32,000 nucleotides of DNA from Candidatus Saccharimonadota bacterium (GCA_027925225.1 AP027131.1:210001-242000); one strand, 5' to 3'; positions 20,080 to 30,720 are shown, counted from the stretch's first letter. Notes: generated by a model from the sequence alone, not told the origin. Made by a program: numbers and translations.

Positions 20080-20126
20080 TTACTTTATATTTTAAATATT
20101 TAAGAAATAAATTAAATTATTAAAAA

Positions 20127-21155
20127 ATGGAAAATATAGAAAAAATTCTAAAAATTATAGAAAAAGAATTAAGTAAAATAAACAATTTAGAGGAATTAAA
20201 AATTTTAAAATCAAAATATATTTATAAATCTATTTATTTAAATGAATTAAAAGAAAAAATAAAAAATTCTTCTAAAGAAAAAATTGCATCTTTAGGTAAA
20301 GAGATTAATTTTTATATTAAAAGTGCAAATGAATTATTTGCAACAAGAGAAAAAAAAATAATAAAAAGTTTTTCTTTAAATAAAAATAAAGATATTTTAA
20401 TATCTAAAAAAAACATGGAAATAGAATTGCCTATTAAAAAAGGATTTATTCATCCTCTTACTCAAATTACTTTTAAAGTGCAAAAATATTTTGATAAATT
20501 AAATTTTTATTATTCACATAGTTTTGAAGTTGAAAATGAAAAATTTAATTTTACATTTTTAAATATACCAAAAGATCATCCTGCAAGAGCAATGCAAGAT
20601 ACACTATATCTTTCTGAAAAAGATATGCTTTTAAGAACACATTCTACAAATATGACTTCAAGAAGATTGTTTAATTATGATAAAACTCCAATTTCTGGTT
20701 ATTCAATAGGCTCAGTATTTAGAAATGACGATAATGATGCAACTCATTCCTATCAATTTAATCAAATTGATTTTTTTGCTGTTGATAAATTTTCAATTGC
20801 AAATTTAAAATTTGTAATTAATAATTTACTTAAAGCTGTTTTTGAGAAAGATATTAAAACAAGATATAGAGTATCTTTTTTTCCTTTTACTGAACCTTCC
20901 TATGAAGTTGATATAAATTGTCCAAATTGTAATGGTGATGGGTGTAATATATGTAAACATACAGGTTGAATAGAAATTCTTGGTTCAGGAATGCTTCATC
21001 CTAATGTTTTAAAAAATTCATCAATTGATATAAATGAAAATTTTGGCATAGCAGCGGGAATTGGACTTGAAAGACTTGCAATGATAAAGTGAAATATTAC
21101 TGATATTAGAGATTTTTTTAATAATGATTTAATTTTTTTAAAGAGGTTTAATTAA
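20127..21155 (+). CDS. pheS: Phenylalanyl-tRNA synthetase alpha subunit
   Basis: Contains [61 protein letters not shown] and [12 protein letters not shown]. Two TGA codons are read through. TAA at 21153-21155. Confidence 0.95.
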
Positions 21156-23192
21156 ATGAAATTTATAGATAATTACTTAAAAATATTTTTGCAAGATAAA
21201 AATATAGATTTAAAAGAAATTTTTATTGCTTTGGGTTTTGAAGTAGAGGGAATAATTAAAAAAAATAAGACAGATAATATTTTTATTGCAAAAATAGTAG
21301 AAACATTAAAACACCCTAATGCTGATAAATTAACTTTGTGTAAAGTGGAATTAAATGATAATTTACATCAAGTAGTTTGCGGAGGAAAAAATGTTGATAA
21401 AAATCAATATATAGTTTATGCGCCTTCGGGAGCTAAAGTAAATAATATTTTTCTTACAAAAAAAATATTAAGAGGAATTGAATCAGATGGAATGATTCTT
21501 TCTGTTTCAGAAATTTTAGGAATTGATAATTCTTTAATAGAACAAGAAGAAGAACACAATATTTATGTTTTTTCACAGGATTTAGATTTAAAAAATAAAG
21601 ATTTAAAAAAACATTTTGAATTAGATAATAAAATTTATGATATTTCAATTTTAAATGACAGATCTTATGCAAATTCTTATCTTGCAATGTCAAGAGAAAT
21701 TTCTGCTTATCAAAATAAACCTTTTATATTAGAAATTCCTAAAATAGAAGAAACATATAGAAAAGAAGATATAAATTTTAAAATAGATGAATATGTAAAT
21801 GGATATTATTATTCAAGTATTGAAATTAAAAAATCCCTTACTCCGCTTTGAATAAAATCTTTTCTTTATTATCACAATATAAAACCAACAAATACTTTAA
21901 AAGATATTATTTCTTATGTTAGTTTAATTACAGGAAATATTTATCTTTATTTAAATAAATATATTGAAGAAATTAATATAAATAAAAATATGGTAAATGA
22001 ATTTAATTTATTTACAGATGATGTAATTCAAAATGATGAAAATTATGGTATTTTATTTGCAGTTTCAAGTTCATATTATGGGAATCTTAAAGATTACAAA
22101 AATATAAATAAGGAATTTGGAATTAGACAAATAAAAGGTAGCAATTCTACTTATTTAAAATATGGAATTTCTCTTATTTTAAAACTTGGAATTGAATATG
22201 GATTTATTAGAAGGAATTCTGAAATATTAGGAATAGAATATAAAAATAACAAAAAAATAATTTTGAAAAAAGAATATTTAGATAGTTATATAGGAGAAAA
22301 AATTGATTTAAATGAAATAGAACAAAAATTAAAAATTTTAGGATTTATTAAATTAGGCAAAGAAGAATATTCAATTCCAACTTATAGACTTGATATAAAA
22401 ACAACACAAGATTTAATAGAAGAAATTGTAAGATTTTATGATGTTAATAAAATTGCACAAAAAGAAATAAAATTAGAAAAAGATAAAGAAATTTCTTATG
22501 AAAATTTTGAGAAAAATACAACTTTTAAAATAGTAAAACTTTTAACTAAATATGGATTTAATGAAATTAAAACTTATCAACTTTTGAATGAAAATGATGT
22601 TAGAAAATTTAATTTTTTTAATGGTAAAAAATTTTGAAAAATAAGAGATGAATATAATTTTAAAAATAATGTACTTCGCAGCTCTCTTTTTAAAAATTTA
22701 TTAGAAATACATAATGAAAATTATAGAAAGGGATTAATTCTCAAAGAAGTTAAAAAATACAATAAAGAAAAAAAAATTCCTAATATTAATTGAAATCCAG
22801 ATAAAGAACCAAATATATATGATAATAATAATTTATTTGAAATATCTAATATAAACATTGATTCTTATTCAAAATTACATTTGGGAATTATTCATGATGA
22901 TAATTATTTTAAAGAAGAACCTATTCTTGCGACAAAACAATTGCTTATAGAAGTATTAAAAAAATTTAAAAAGGAATTAAATTTTAAAATAAAAAATCTT
23001 AATTTTAAATCAGAAGTTATAAATATTTTTGATAAAAATAATTCATATAAAATTTATTATAATGATTTATTTATTGGAATAATTGGAGAAGTTTCTATTG
23101 ATATTTTAAGAGAATATAAATATATTAGATTAGATAAAATTAGAAATACTCTTTATTATTTAGAATTGAATTTAGATTTTTTAAAATCTTAG
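21156..23192 (+). CDS. pheT: Phenylalanyl-tRNA synthetase beta subunit (678 aa, short form)
   Basis: The ATG directly follows the pheS stop. N-terminal tRNA-binding domain (IAKIVETLKHPNADKLTLCKVEL...GIESDGMILS). Three track ORFs share one frame and are joined by TGA codons only (the first junction was checked codon by codon; the second was translated but not position-checked). Confidence 0.92.
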
Positions 23193-23275
23193 TTTTTATT
23201 TTTCTCAATTTTTAAAAAAATAATAAAAATTATAAAATATTTTAGATAATATTTTTTATTTTTAAAATTTTTATA

Positions 23276-24733
23276 ATGGGAAAAACTAATAAAAATGAAA
23301 TACATGAACATTTATTTGAATCTAATGTTCCTGTTTGAAAACAATTAATTAAAGTAGCAACGCCAATGCTACTTTTATCTCTTTCTAATGCTTCTTATGC
23401 ATTTATTGATACATTATTAGCAATTCTTTTAATTACTGACCCTTCTTATTCTGCTGCTCAAATATTAGGACTTACTTATCCTTTATTATTGCTTGCAACA
23501 TCTTTTATTGCTATTATTTTTTCTGGATTAAGTCTTTATTTACCAAGAACTCTTGGAAGAGAAAAATATGAAAAAGGTAGAAATTTAGTAATTCACACTT
23601 TTGTTTACGGATTCTTTCTCTCGCTTGCTATTATTATTATTCTTTATTTTTTGGCTCCGTTATGAATGAATTGATTAGGTGGTTTGGGTAGTCCTCTTAC
23701 ACAACAAGAAATTGATGGTGGAATAATTTATATTAGAATTTCTTCTTTAATGATTATTTTTATTGCAATGAGAGATATTATTCTTAGAACAATAAGAGTA
23801 GAGAATAAGGGATTTATGGCCTCCATTATTCCTATTGTTGCTTTACCAGTAAATTTACTTTTTGATTGAATTTTTATGGGTCCTCTTGGTTTTAAACTTG
23901 GAGGAGCTGCTCTTGCATCGCTAATTGGAGTTTCTTGTGGTTTTCTTTTTGCTTTTATTTATTCGTTAATTTTAATTAAAAAAAATGAAACAATAGTAAA
24001 TTATGAATTTAGTAGATTTAATATAAAAGAAGGAAAATATATTAAAGGACTTTTTATGTTTGGATTTAATTCCTATATAAGAATGGTCACCTTAATAATT
24101 TATAATATTTTTCTCACCTTCTTTATTATTCAACTTAATGGAAATAATGGAAGTGATGATGATTATTGGAAAGAATTTGTTACAGTAACCCAAAGATTTG
24201 TTTCAATGGCTACTATTTTTGCATTCGCTTTTGTTCAAGCTTCTATTACATTATTTGCTTTTAATAAAGGACAAAAAAATTATGCTCGAGCCAAAGAGTT
24301 TTTAAAATTAGGAGCAATTTACTCATTCGTTTCTTCTATTATTGTAATTATTATTTTAGCAATTTTTGTAAATCCTGTTCTTGTGCTTTTTGGTGTTGAT
24401 GATCCTTCAGGAAATCAAATTTATGCAAATGCTTTTTATATTAGACTTATTGCAATACCACTATCTCTTTTACAGTATTATTTTATTTCGTTTTTTTCAA
24501 TTACAAAAAACTTAAAAGAGACAATTATAAATTCTATTATTGGAAATATTATTGTAGCAATATCAGTGCTTTCAATATTCTTTTATGTAGGTTATCAAAA
24601 TAATGGAAATAGCACAATCTTTTTTTCATCTTTAATAGTAATAGGAGTAATTAATGCAATTATTTTTACTCCTAGATTTATTATTAAATATAAAAAAGAG
24701 TTTAACTATCCTAAGGAGAAAGTTAAACAGTAA
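23276..24733 (+). CDS. MATE-family efflux transporter (MOP superfamily)
   Basis: Polytopic protein of 485 aa. The N-terminus VWKQLIKVATPMLLLSLSNASYAFIDTLLA fits the MATE TM1 pattern. Four same-frame segments are joined by TGA. Confidence 0.75.
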
Positions 24734-24801
24734 GTGTTATTGTAATTACTCCAATAACAACAGTAATTAGTAAGAATATTCAATAATATGTCATCATAAT
24801 T

Positions 24802-25158
24802 TTATTTTAAATTATCTTTTGCAATATTTATTAATTTTTTAAATTCTTCTTTATCATTTAAAGCAATGTCTGCAAGCATTTTTCTATTTAATTCAACATT
24901 TGCTCTTTTAAGTCCATTTATAAAATTTGAATATGTAAGATCGTATTCTCTAGTTGCAGCATTTATTCTTACAATTCATACTTTTCTAAAATTTCTTTTT
25001 GTTTGTTTTCTATCTCTAAAAGCATATTCATTTGATTTTCTTACTTGCTCTTTTGCTGATTTAAAACCAATATGTTTATGTCCATAATAACCCTTTGCTT
25101 GTTTTAAGATTTTCTTATGTCTTTTTCTTTTAGTTATTGCTGATGTTACTCTAGCCAT
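24802..25158 (-). CDS. rplT: 50S ribosomal protein L20
   Basis: [29 protein letters not shown]... One TGA (24976-24978) is read through. No other stop until TAA at 24802-24804 (checked). 118 aa. Confidence 0.97.
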
Positions 25159-25171
25159 TTTCTACCTCCTA

Positions 25172-25363
25172 TTACTTTAACACATCTTTATATCTTTTAG
25201 CATCACTTTTATTCATATCAATTTGTTGTCTTGCTTTTCTTTTATTTTTTTTTGTTTTGTTTAAAAAAAGGTGTGATGTTTTAGCTTGTGATCTTTTTAT
25301 TGAACCATTTTTTCTAACTTTCATTCTTTTATTTACAGAACTTTTTGTCTTCATTTTTGGCAT
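25172..25363 (-). CDS. rpmI: 50S ribosomal protein L35
   Basis: [31 protein letters not shown]... 63 aa, located between infC and rplT. Confidence 0.96.
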   Translation of the reverse strand: MPKMKTKSSVNKRMKVRKNGSIKRSQAKTSHLFLNKTKKNKRKARQQIDMNKSDAKRYKDVLK

Positions 25364-25378
25364 TATTATTCACTCTCC

Positions 25379-25945
25379 TTATTTTTCTTGTTTTTTTATT
25401 GTAGGTATTAAAAATACATTGTAAAATCTTCCAACAAGTTTAGGTGATTTTTCAACTTTAGCAATATCTTCCAATTGTGAAATAACTTTTTCCATTAATT
25501 CATAGCCTTTTTCTTTATTAGACATTTCTCTACCTTTAAACATTAAAGAAATTTTTACATGATAACCTTTTGCTAAAAATTCTTTTGCTCTTGAAATTTT
25601 AAAATTTAAATCATTTTCAGCAATGTTTGCAGTAAGTCTTATTTCTTTTTGAGAAATAATTTTTGTTTTCTTTTTAATGTCTTCTTGTTTTCTTTTTCTT
25701 TCATAAGAAAACTTTCCATAATCTATAATTTTTGCAACTGGGTTCTCTGAATTTTTAGAGATTAGTACAAGATCAAGATTTCTTTTTTCAGATTCTTTTA
25801 AAGCATCTTCTCTACTCATAACACCTAATTTTTCACCATCGTTTGCGATAACTAGAAGCATAGGAAATCTAATTTTTTCATTTATTATGTCATTATTGAA
25901 ATTTCTTTGTCTGCCTTGATATCTCTTTTTAATTTTTATTGCTAT
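25379..25945 (-). CDS. infC: Translation initiation factor IF-3, probable non-AUG start
   Basis: IF3 N- and C-domain sequence (ANDGEKLGVMSREDALKESEKRNLDLVLIS...KEIRLTANIAENDLNFK...). The conserved INEKIRFP segment lies upstream of the first ATG (25861) in the same frame. There is no in-frame ATG/GTG/TTG after the AAGGAG SD. ATA 25943-25945 is the best start, but the exact start is uncertain. Confidence 0.9.
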   Translation of the reverse strand: MAIKIKKRYQGRQRNFNNDIINEKIRFPMLLVIANDGEKLGVMSREDALKESEKRNLDLVLISKNSENPVAKIIDYGKFSYERKRKQEDIKKKTKIISQKEIRLTANIAENDLNFKISRAKEFLAKGYHVKISLMFKGREMSNKEKGYELMEKVISQLEDIAKVEKSPKLVGRFYNVFLIPTIKKQEK

Positions 25946-25965
25946 ACTAAATCAACTCCTTAAAT

Positions 25966-25999
25966 AAAAAAAATGTGCAAAAAGGAAACTTCTCACACA
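25966..25999 (-). terminator. Leader attenuator/terminator hairpin upstream of infC
   Basis: The minus-sense RNA forms UGUGUGAGAAG-UUUC-CUUUUUGCACA, an 11-bp stem with 3 G.U pairs. It is followed by U8 and then the AAGGAG SD of infC. Confidence 0.5.
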
Positions 26000-26126
26000 A
26001 TTTATATTTTGTATTTTAACCTAATCTCACTTTTAGAGGAAATTTAGGTGAAAGATTCCATTCTTCTTTACTTTAAAATTTTAATACACAGCAATTATAT
26101 ATTAATTTTATTAAAATATTGATATT

Positions 26127-26135
26127 TGTTATAAT
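26127..26135 (+). promoter_or_regulatory. Extended -10 promoter (TGTTATAAT) for the 70-aa membrane protein gene
   Basis: TGnTATAAT consensus about 60 nt upstream of ATG 26195. It lies back-to-back with a minus-strand TATAAT (26094-26099) that would serve infC. Confidence 0.4.
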
Positions 26136-26194
26136 AATTTGGCTTATTTTTTAAAAGAATATTTAATTATTTTTTAAAAAATAAGGAGTAAAAA

Positions 26195-26407
26195 ATGCCA
26201 ATTTGAGGATGAATATTAATAGGAATTCTAATAATACTTATTGTATATATTCTTTTATTTAGAATAATTTTTAAAACTGGTTTCTTTATTTTAAAACTAT
26301 TTTTTAAAATTATAATAATTGCAGGAATTTTATTTTTAATAGCAGTATTTATTATGTGAATTGTAAGTTTATTTGGTGTAGATGTACCATTCGATTGATT
26401 GAAATAA
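26195..26407 (+). CDS. Small hydrophobic membrane protein (70 aa, 2-3 TM)
   Basis: Not in the ORF track because it has 4 TGA-Trp codons. Strong SD (AAGGAG) 6 nt before the ATG. MPIWGWILIGILIILIVYILLF...IIIIAGILFLIAVFIMWIVSLFG. TAA at 26405-26407, then a terminator. Confidence 0.6.
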
Positions 26408-26426
26408 AATTAATTATTAAGAAAAA

Positions 26427-26457
26427 TAAAAAAAGAGGAATATTCCTCTTTTTTTAT
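26427..26457. terminator. Bidirectional rho-independent terminator between convergent genes
   Basis: Perfect palindrome AGAGGAATATTCCTCT (26434-26449), flanked by an A-run on the 5' side and a T-run on the 3' side. It lies 20 nt after the + strand stop and 11 nt after the - strand stop. Confidence 0.8.
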
Positions 26458-26467
26458 TTTTCTTTTT

Positions 26468-26800
26468 TTATTCTAAATCTAAATTATCTATTTCATTAAA
26501 TTCAACTGTTGTTTCTAATTTATTTTCTTCTATTTCTTTTGTTTGTCATCTTTCTAATTTAGAAACTCTTTTATTAAAGTATTTTATTAAAAAATTTGGA
26601 TAATGCATTTTTTTCATTACATCTCCATTTTTTTTCTGAATGTCTCCTATTTTACAATCTTTACAAACAAATTCTCCATCTTTATAACAATTTGAACAAT
26701 ATTTTTCTGAAGGTGTTCCATCGATTTCGAGAGCTGGTCCATTTTTATCATATTTAAGTGGCATTCCACATGATTGACAACTTTTTTTTCCTCTTGCCAT
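26468..26800 (-). CDS. Zinc-ribbon domain protein (Zn_ribbon_2-like, 110 aa)
   Basis: MARGKKSCQSCGMPL...EKYCSNCYKDGEF shows the CxxCGMP...CxxCY pattern typical of the Firmicutes 'putative zinc ribbon' family. TGA 26546-26548 is read through to TAA 26468-26470, which adds an acidic tail. Confidence 0.7.
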
Positions 26801-26912
26801 TTTAAACTTCCTTTTAAATGTTAAAGTACTTACTAATATTTGATTAGTATTGCTAAATGTAGAAGCTAAAATAATTTTATTGCTTATTTTACAATACCAT
26901 ATTAATTATAAC

Positions 26913-27626
26913 TTATATATTTCTTAAATTTTTTAAGAAATACCCCAATTCATTTTCATAATAATTTTTAAGAATTTCTTTTAATATCATTTCTTCTTTG
27001 GGATTAAAATTTAATTCATTTATATTTTTTATACTTTTTATATTAAAAAGCATTTTTACTTTTAAAAGAAATTCATAATCTATTTTTGATTCTTCGTTAA
27101 AATAACATTTATTACAAAATACTCCACCTTTATGAAGTAATAAATAATCTAAATCATATTTATTTCCACAGTTTTTGCATTTATTTAATTCAAAATAAAT
27201 ACCTTTATCTTTTAAAAATAAAACAAGTAATGCAAATAAATAATTTTCTATTTCAAAACCATTATTATATTTATTAAAAAGATAATAAATTAATTTAATA
27301 ATATTTGAATTTATTTTTTCTTCATTTTTAAATAATTCATAGATTATTTCTTTTATAAATATTATTTGTTTGCTTTGTTTATTTGTAAATAATATTTTTT
27401 CGCCTCTTTTTAAAAGTTTTGTTTTTCCAAGGGTATCAAAATACTCAGTTTTTATAAAACTCATTGGTTCAAAAATCAATCTATTTTTTGATTGCTCTTT
27501 TTGATAACCTTTTGCTCTTAAAATTAATTTTTCTCCATCTATATTAAATGCATTTAATAGAGCTTCTTCGTTTTCTTTTTTTTCATAAATAGAAAAAATA
27601 AAAAGCGATTCATTAATTTCTTCCAT
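26913..27626 (-). CDS. recO: DNA repair protein RecO
   Basis: The ATG directly abuts the era stop, matching the conserved era-recO order. C-terminal zinc motif CKNCGN...CNKCYF. About 237 aa. The sequence is otherwise divergent. Confidence 0.8.
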   Translation of the reverse strand: MEEINESLFIFSIYEKKENEEALLNAFNIDGEKLILRAKGYQKEQSKNRLIFEPMSFIKTEYFDTLGKTKLLKRGEKILFTNKQSKQIIFIKEIIYELFKNEEKINSNIIKLIYYLFNKYNNGFEIENYLFALLVLFLKDKGIYFELNKCKNCGNKYDLDYLLLHKGGVFCNKCYFNEESKIDYEFLLKVKMLFNIKSIKNINELNFNPKEEMILKEILKNYYENELGYFLKNLRNI

Positions 27627-28505
27627 TTAATAATTTTCTCCAATTATATTTGCTTTGTTTTTTCAATCCTTTTCAACTTTAATAATAAATTTTATAATAA
27701 TTTTTTTATTATATTTTTTTTCTAAATCATATATTACAAATTCCTTAATTTTATCTATCATTTCTCCATTTTTTCCAATTATTATCCCTTTATGGCTATC
27801 TCTGTTTAAAATTATTTTTGCTTCTAATTCTATTTTTTTTTCATTTTCTTTTATATTAGTAATTTGTATTAATAATTGATGAGGAATTTCATAATTTAAA
27901 TTTAAAAGTAATTTTTCTCTTATTATTTCTTTTATGAAAAATTCTTTTTCATAATTTGTTTTATTATCTATTTCAAAATGAGGTGAATCTAATGGTAAAT
28001 CTTTTTTTAATTCTTCTATTAAATTAGTAACATTTAAATTTTTTCTAGAAGAAATAGGAATTATTTTATCAAAAGTTTTTTCTTTTTGAAATTTAGATGC
28101 ATATGTAAAAATTTCATGTTTATTTTTAGATCTGTCTATTTGAGTTATTAATAAATATTTTTTAACATTTTTTAAATTATTAATTCTTTTTAAATCATTA
28201 TCATTTATTTCTTTTCAAAAAGGAGTAAGAAATAAAAGAATATCAATTTCAGAAATTGAATTGCTTATTTCTTTCTCTATTTTTTTATCATATATATTTT
28301 TAGTATTTTTTATAAATCCAGGAGTATCAATAAAAACAATTTGTGAATCTTTATCATTATATATTCCTTGAATCATATTTCTTGTTGTATTTTTTCTTCT
28401 TGTAGCAATTGAAATTTTTTCTTTTAAAATAGCATTTAAAAGTGTTGATTTGCCAACATTAGTTTCACCCACAATTGCAACATAACCAAATTTTACTTTT
28501 TTCAA
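27627..28505 (-). CDS. era: GTPase Era
   Basis: G1 motif [13 protein letters not shown]2 region TTRN and G3 DTPG. The frame was checked codon by codon from 28505 to TAA 27627-27629; only 2 TGA codons occur. 292 aa. Confidence 0.93.
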
Positions 28506-28508
28506 TTC

Positions 28509-28916
28509 TTAAATATCCTCTTTAAAAGAATTGGGTAATAATTTTTTTATATTATATTTTTTAACTAAACCATTTTGATTATATATAAAAATTTTTGCAT
28601 TATCAGTGGATGCTTCTGATATTACTTGTCTACAAATTCCGCAAGGAAATGCAAAATAATCTTTATTGTTTGTTTTTTTATAATTTGACATAATGTGTAC
28701 TTCTTCTAAATCTCCCATTTTCATACCATTTGCTACTGCATTAAAAATAGCATTTCTTTCAGCACAACTTGTCGCACCAAAAGAAACATTTTCAACATTA
28801 ACACCCTTGTATTTATTTTTATTTTTATCAATTACTATTGATGCACATTGATAATCTGAATAAATAGAATAGGTATTATTAAGTAATAATATTAATTCTT
28901 TTTTTATTTCATACAT
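28509..28916 (-). CDS. cdd: Cytidine deaminase
   Basis: CAERNAI and PCGICRQ zinc/catalytic motifs. 135 aa. Confidence 0.93.
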   Translation of the reverse strand: MYEIKKELILLLNNTYSIYSDYQCASIVIDKNKNKYKGVNVENVSFGATSCAERNAIFNAVANGMKMGDLEEVHIMSNYKKTNNKDYFAFPCGICRQVISEASTDNAKIFIYNQNGLVKKYNIKKLLPNSFKEDI

Positions 28917-28918
28917 AT

Positions 28919-29293
28919 TTAAATATTTAAAAACTCCTTAAATTCTGGGATAAATATTAGTAATCCTATTACTATTGCAATTATAGTTACAAAAAGAGTG
29001 GCCATTGCCGCCACATCTTTTATTTTTTTTGCTTTTACATTATATTCAAATGAAAATATATCCACCAAATATTCAATTGCTGTATTCATTATTTCAAAAC
29101 CAATTACAAGTCCAATTGAAAATACAACTGCCACTCATTCTCAAGTAGAAAGATCAAAAAGAATACCAAAAAGAATCACAAAAAAAGTTACAAAAAAGTG
29201 AACTCAAAGTGACTTTTCCTCACTGATTATTATTCATAATCCTTTAAGAGCATTAGCAATTTTTTGACTTACTCTTTTGAATCAATGTATCAT
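28919..29293 (-). CDS. dgkA: Diacylglycerol/undecaprenol kinase (DgkA family)
   Basis: Extends from the track ORF (28919-29134) through 6 TGA codons to ATG 29291-29293 (checked). Contains EIMNTAIEYLVD (the E..NTAIE motif), the upstream ALKGLWIIISEEKS region and three TM segments. 124 aa. Confidence 0.88.
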
Positions 29294-29398
29294 AAAGCAT
29301 ATCTATTATACATTGATAAAATAATAAAGATATTTAAAGTAATTGGATAAAAATAATAAAATTAAAAAATAAAATTCTTTTTTTATACTTATTAAGAT

Positions 29399-30706
29399 AT
29401 GGTTTCAGATAGTTTTTCCAATTTCATGTTTGATTCAATAGGTGAGGCATTTTATTCAATCATTATATGGGTTGTTATTGCTTTTTTAATTACACAAATA
29501 ATTCTATTTTTTTATAAAGATAAAATTTTAATAGCTGTAAAAAATAATAAAAAAACAGAGGTAATTTTTGCCTCTTTTTTAGGAATAATTCCAGGTTGTG
29601 CTGGATCAATTTTTCTTATTCCTCTTTATAAAGAAAAAATAGTAAGTTTCGGTGCTCTTATTGCAGCATTTATAACAACGCTTGGAGAAACAACTTTTGT
29701 TATTCTTTTATTTAATCCAATGGCTTTTCTTATTTTTACTTTATTAAGTATTATTACTTCAATTATTGTTGGTTATTTAGTTAATATATTTAAAATTGAA
29801 GAAAAATTGAAAATAAATATAGAAATATCAAAAACAGATGATGTTTATAAACATGTTGATAAAAAAAATTTAAATAAAAAAGCAAAAAAAAAATTAAGAC
29901 CAGAATCAATAAAAGCTTTTGAAATGGCTGATAAAATTATCCTTCCTTGTTTACTTTTATTTTTTACTATTATTCTTTTTCCGCTTACCATTATTACAAG
30001 TTTTATTCCAGATAATAGTAGAGGAGCATGAGTAGATACTTATATTACAGTTGGAAATTACATTGCTTTAATAGTATTTTTTGTTTTTGTTCCATATAAA
30101 TTAATAAGAGATTTTTTTGAAAAAAGAATTTCAGATTCTCATGACTATGATCATTATCATACTTTGCATTCAAACGACGAACATACTGAAGTACATAAAA
30201 AACACAGAAATTCAAAGAAAGAAGAGTTTTATCATGAATTTAATCACACTTTTATTACATTAGTATTTATTATTTTTTGAGTTTATCTTTCAATGATATT
30301 AATTGGTTTAATAGTTTATGCAGTAAACGCTTCAAGTAATTCAGATTTCTCAAATGCTTCTGATTTTGCAATAAAGCAAAAAGATATTTATAGATTTTTA
30401 ATTATTTTAATAGCACTTTCAATAAGTTTAATTCCTGTTTGTGGACCTCAAATATTTTTAGTTACTCTTTTTGGACAAGGATATATTGCTTTTTCTGCTC
30501 TTTCTGCAAATAGCATTTCTCAAAATGGTCATGCTGGACTTGCGATGCTTTCTGTTGATAAAAAATCATATCTTTGAATGAAAGGAATCATATTGATTCC
30601 CGCCATTATTATAGGAATGATATTTTTTACTATAGAGATAACTATGGGTACTACAGGTACTAGTTTTTCAAATTGAATAAATAGTTATAATAGATCAATT
30701 TCATAA
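29399..30706 (+). CDS. Polytopic membrane transporter with a His-rich loop (possible ArsP_2/10-TM metal-exporter-like)
   Basis: Track ORFs 29399 and 30293 share a frame, and the gap was checked (TGA only). There are two hydrophobic halves, each with an I-P-x-C-(A/G) motif (GIIPGCAGS, SLIPVCGPQ). A loop with 9 His in 36 codons (30140-30247) separates them. TAA at 30704-30706. The family assignment is tentative. Confidence 0.55.
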
Positions 30707-30720
30707 ATTTTATATATTCA

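Noticed and set aside
19981-20126. Possible T-box leader upstream of pheS. asnS was also considered.
   Set aside because: Only 146 nt are available and I saw no obvious T-box or specifier-loop features in this almost pure A/T stretch. asnS has no leader at all because its start overlaps the tsaB stop.
21454-21693. 79-aa minus-strand ORF inside pheT.
   Set aside because: It is an antisense shadow ORF.
24723-24797. 24-codon hydrophobic minus-strand ORF (MMTYYWIFLLITVVIGVITITLTV) starting 5 nt after the rplT stop and overlapping the MATE gene 3' end.
   Set aside because: It is too short, has no SD, and overlaps a convergent gene. It cannot be supported from sequence alone.
24866-25087. 73-aa plus-strand ORF overlapping rplT.
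   Set aside because: It is antisense to the unmistakable L20 coding sequence.
26831-26849. TACTAAT-ATTTG-ATTAGTA inverted repeat between recO and the Zn-ribbon gene.
   Set aside because: The 7-bp AT-rich arms have no adjoining U-run, which is within what is expected by chance at this composition.
27655-27879. 74-aa plus-strand ORF inside era; the same applies to 28998-29201 inside dgkA.
   Set aside because: Both are antisense to verified, continuous era and dgkA reading frames.
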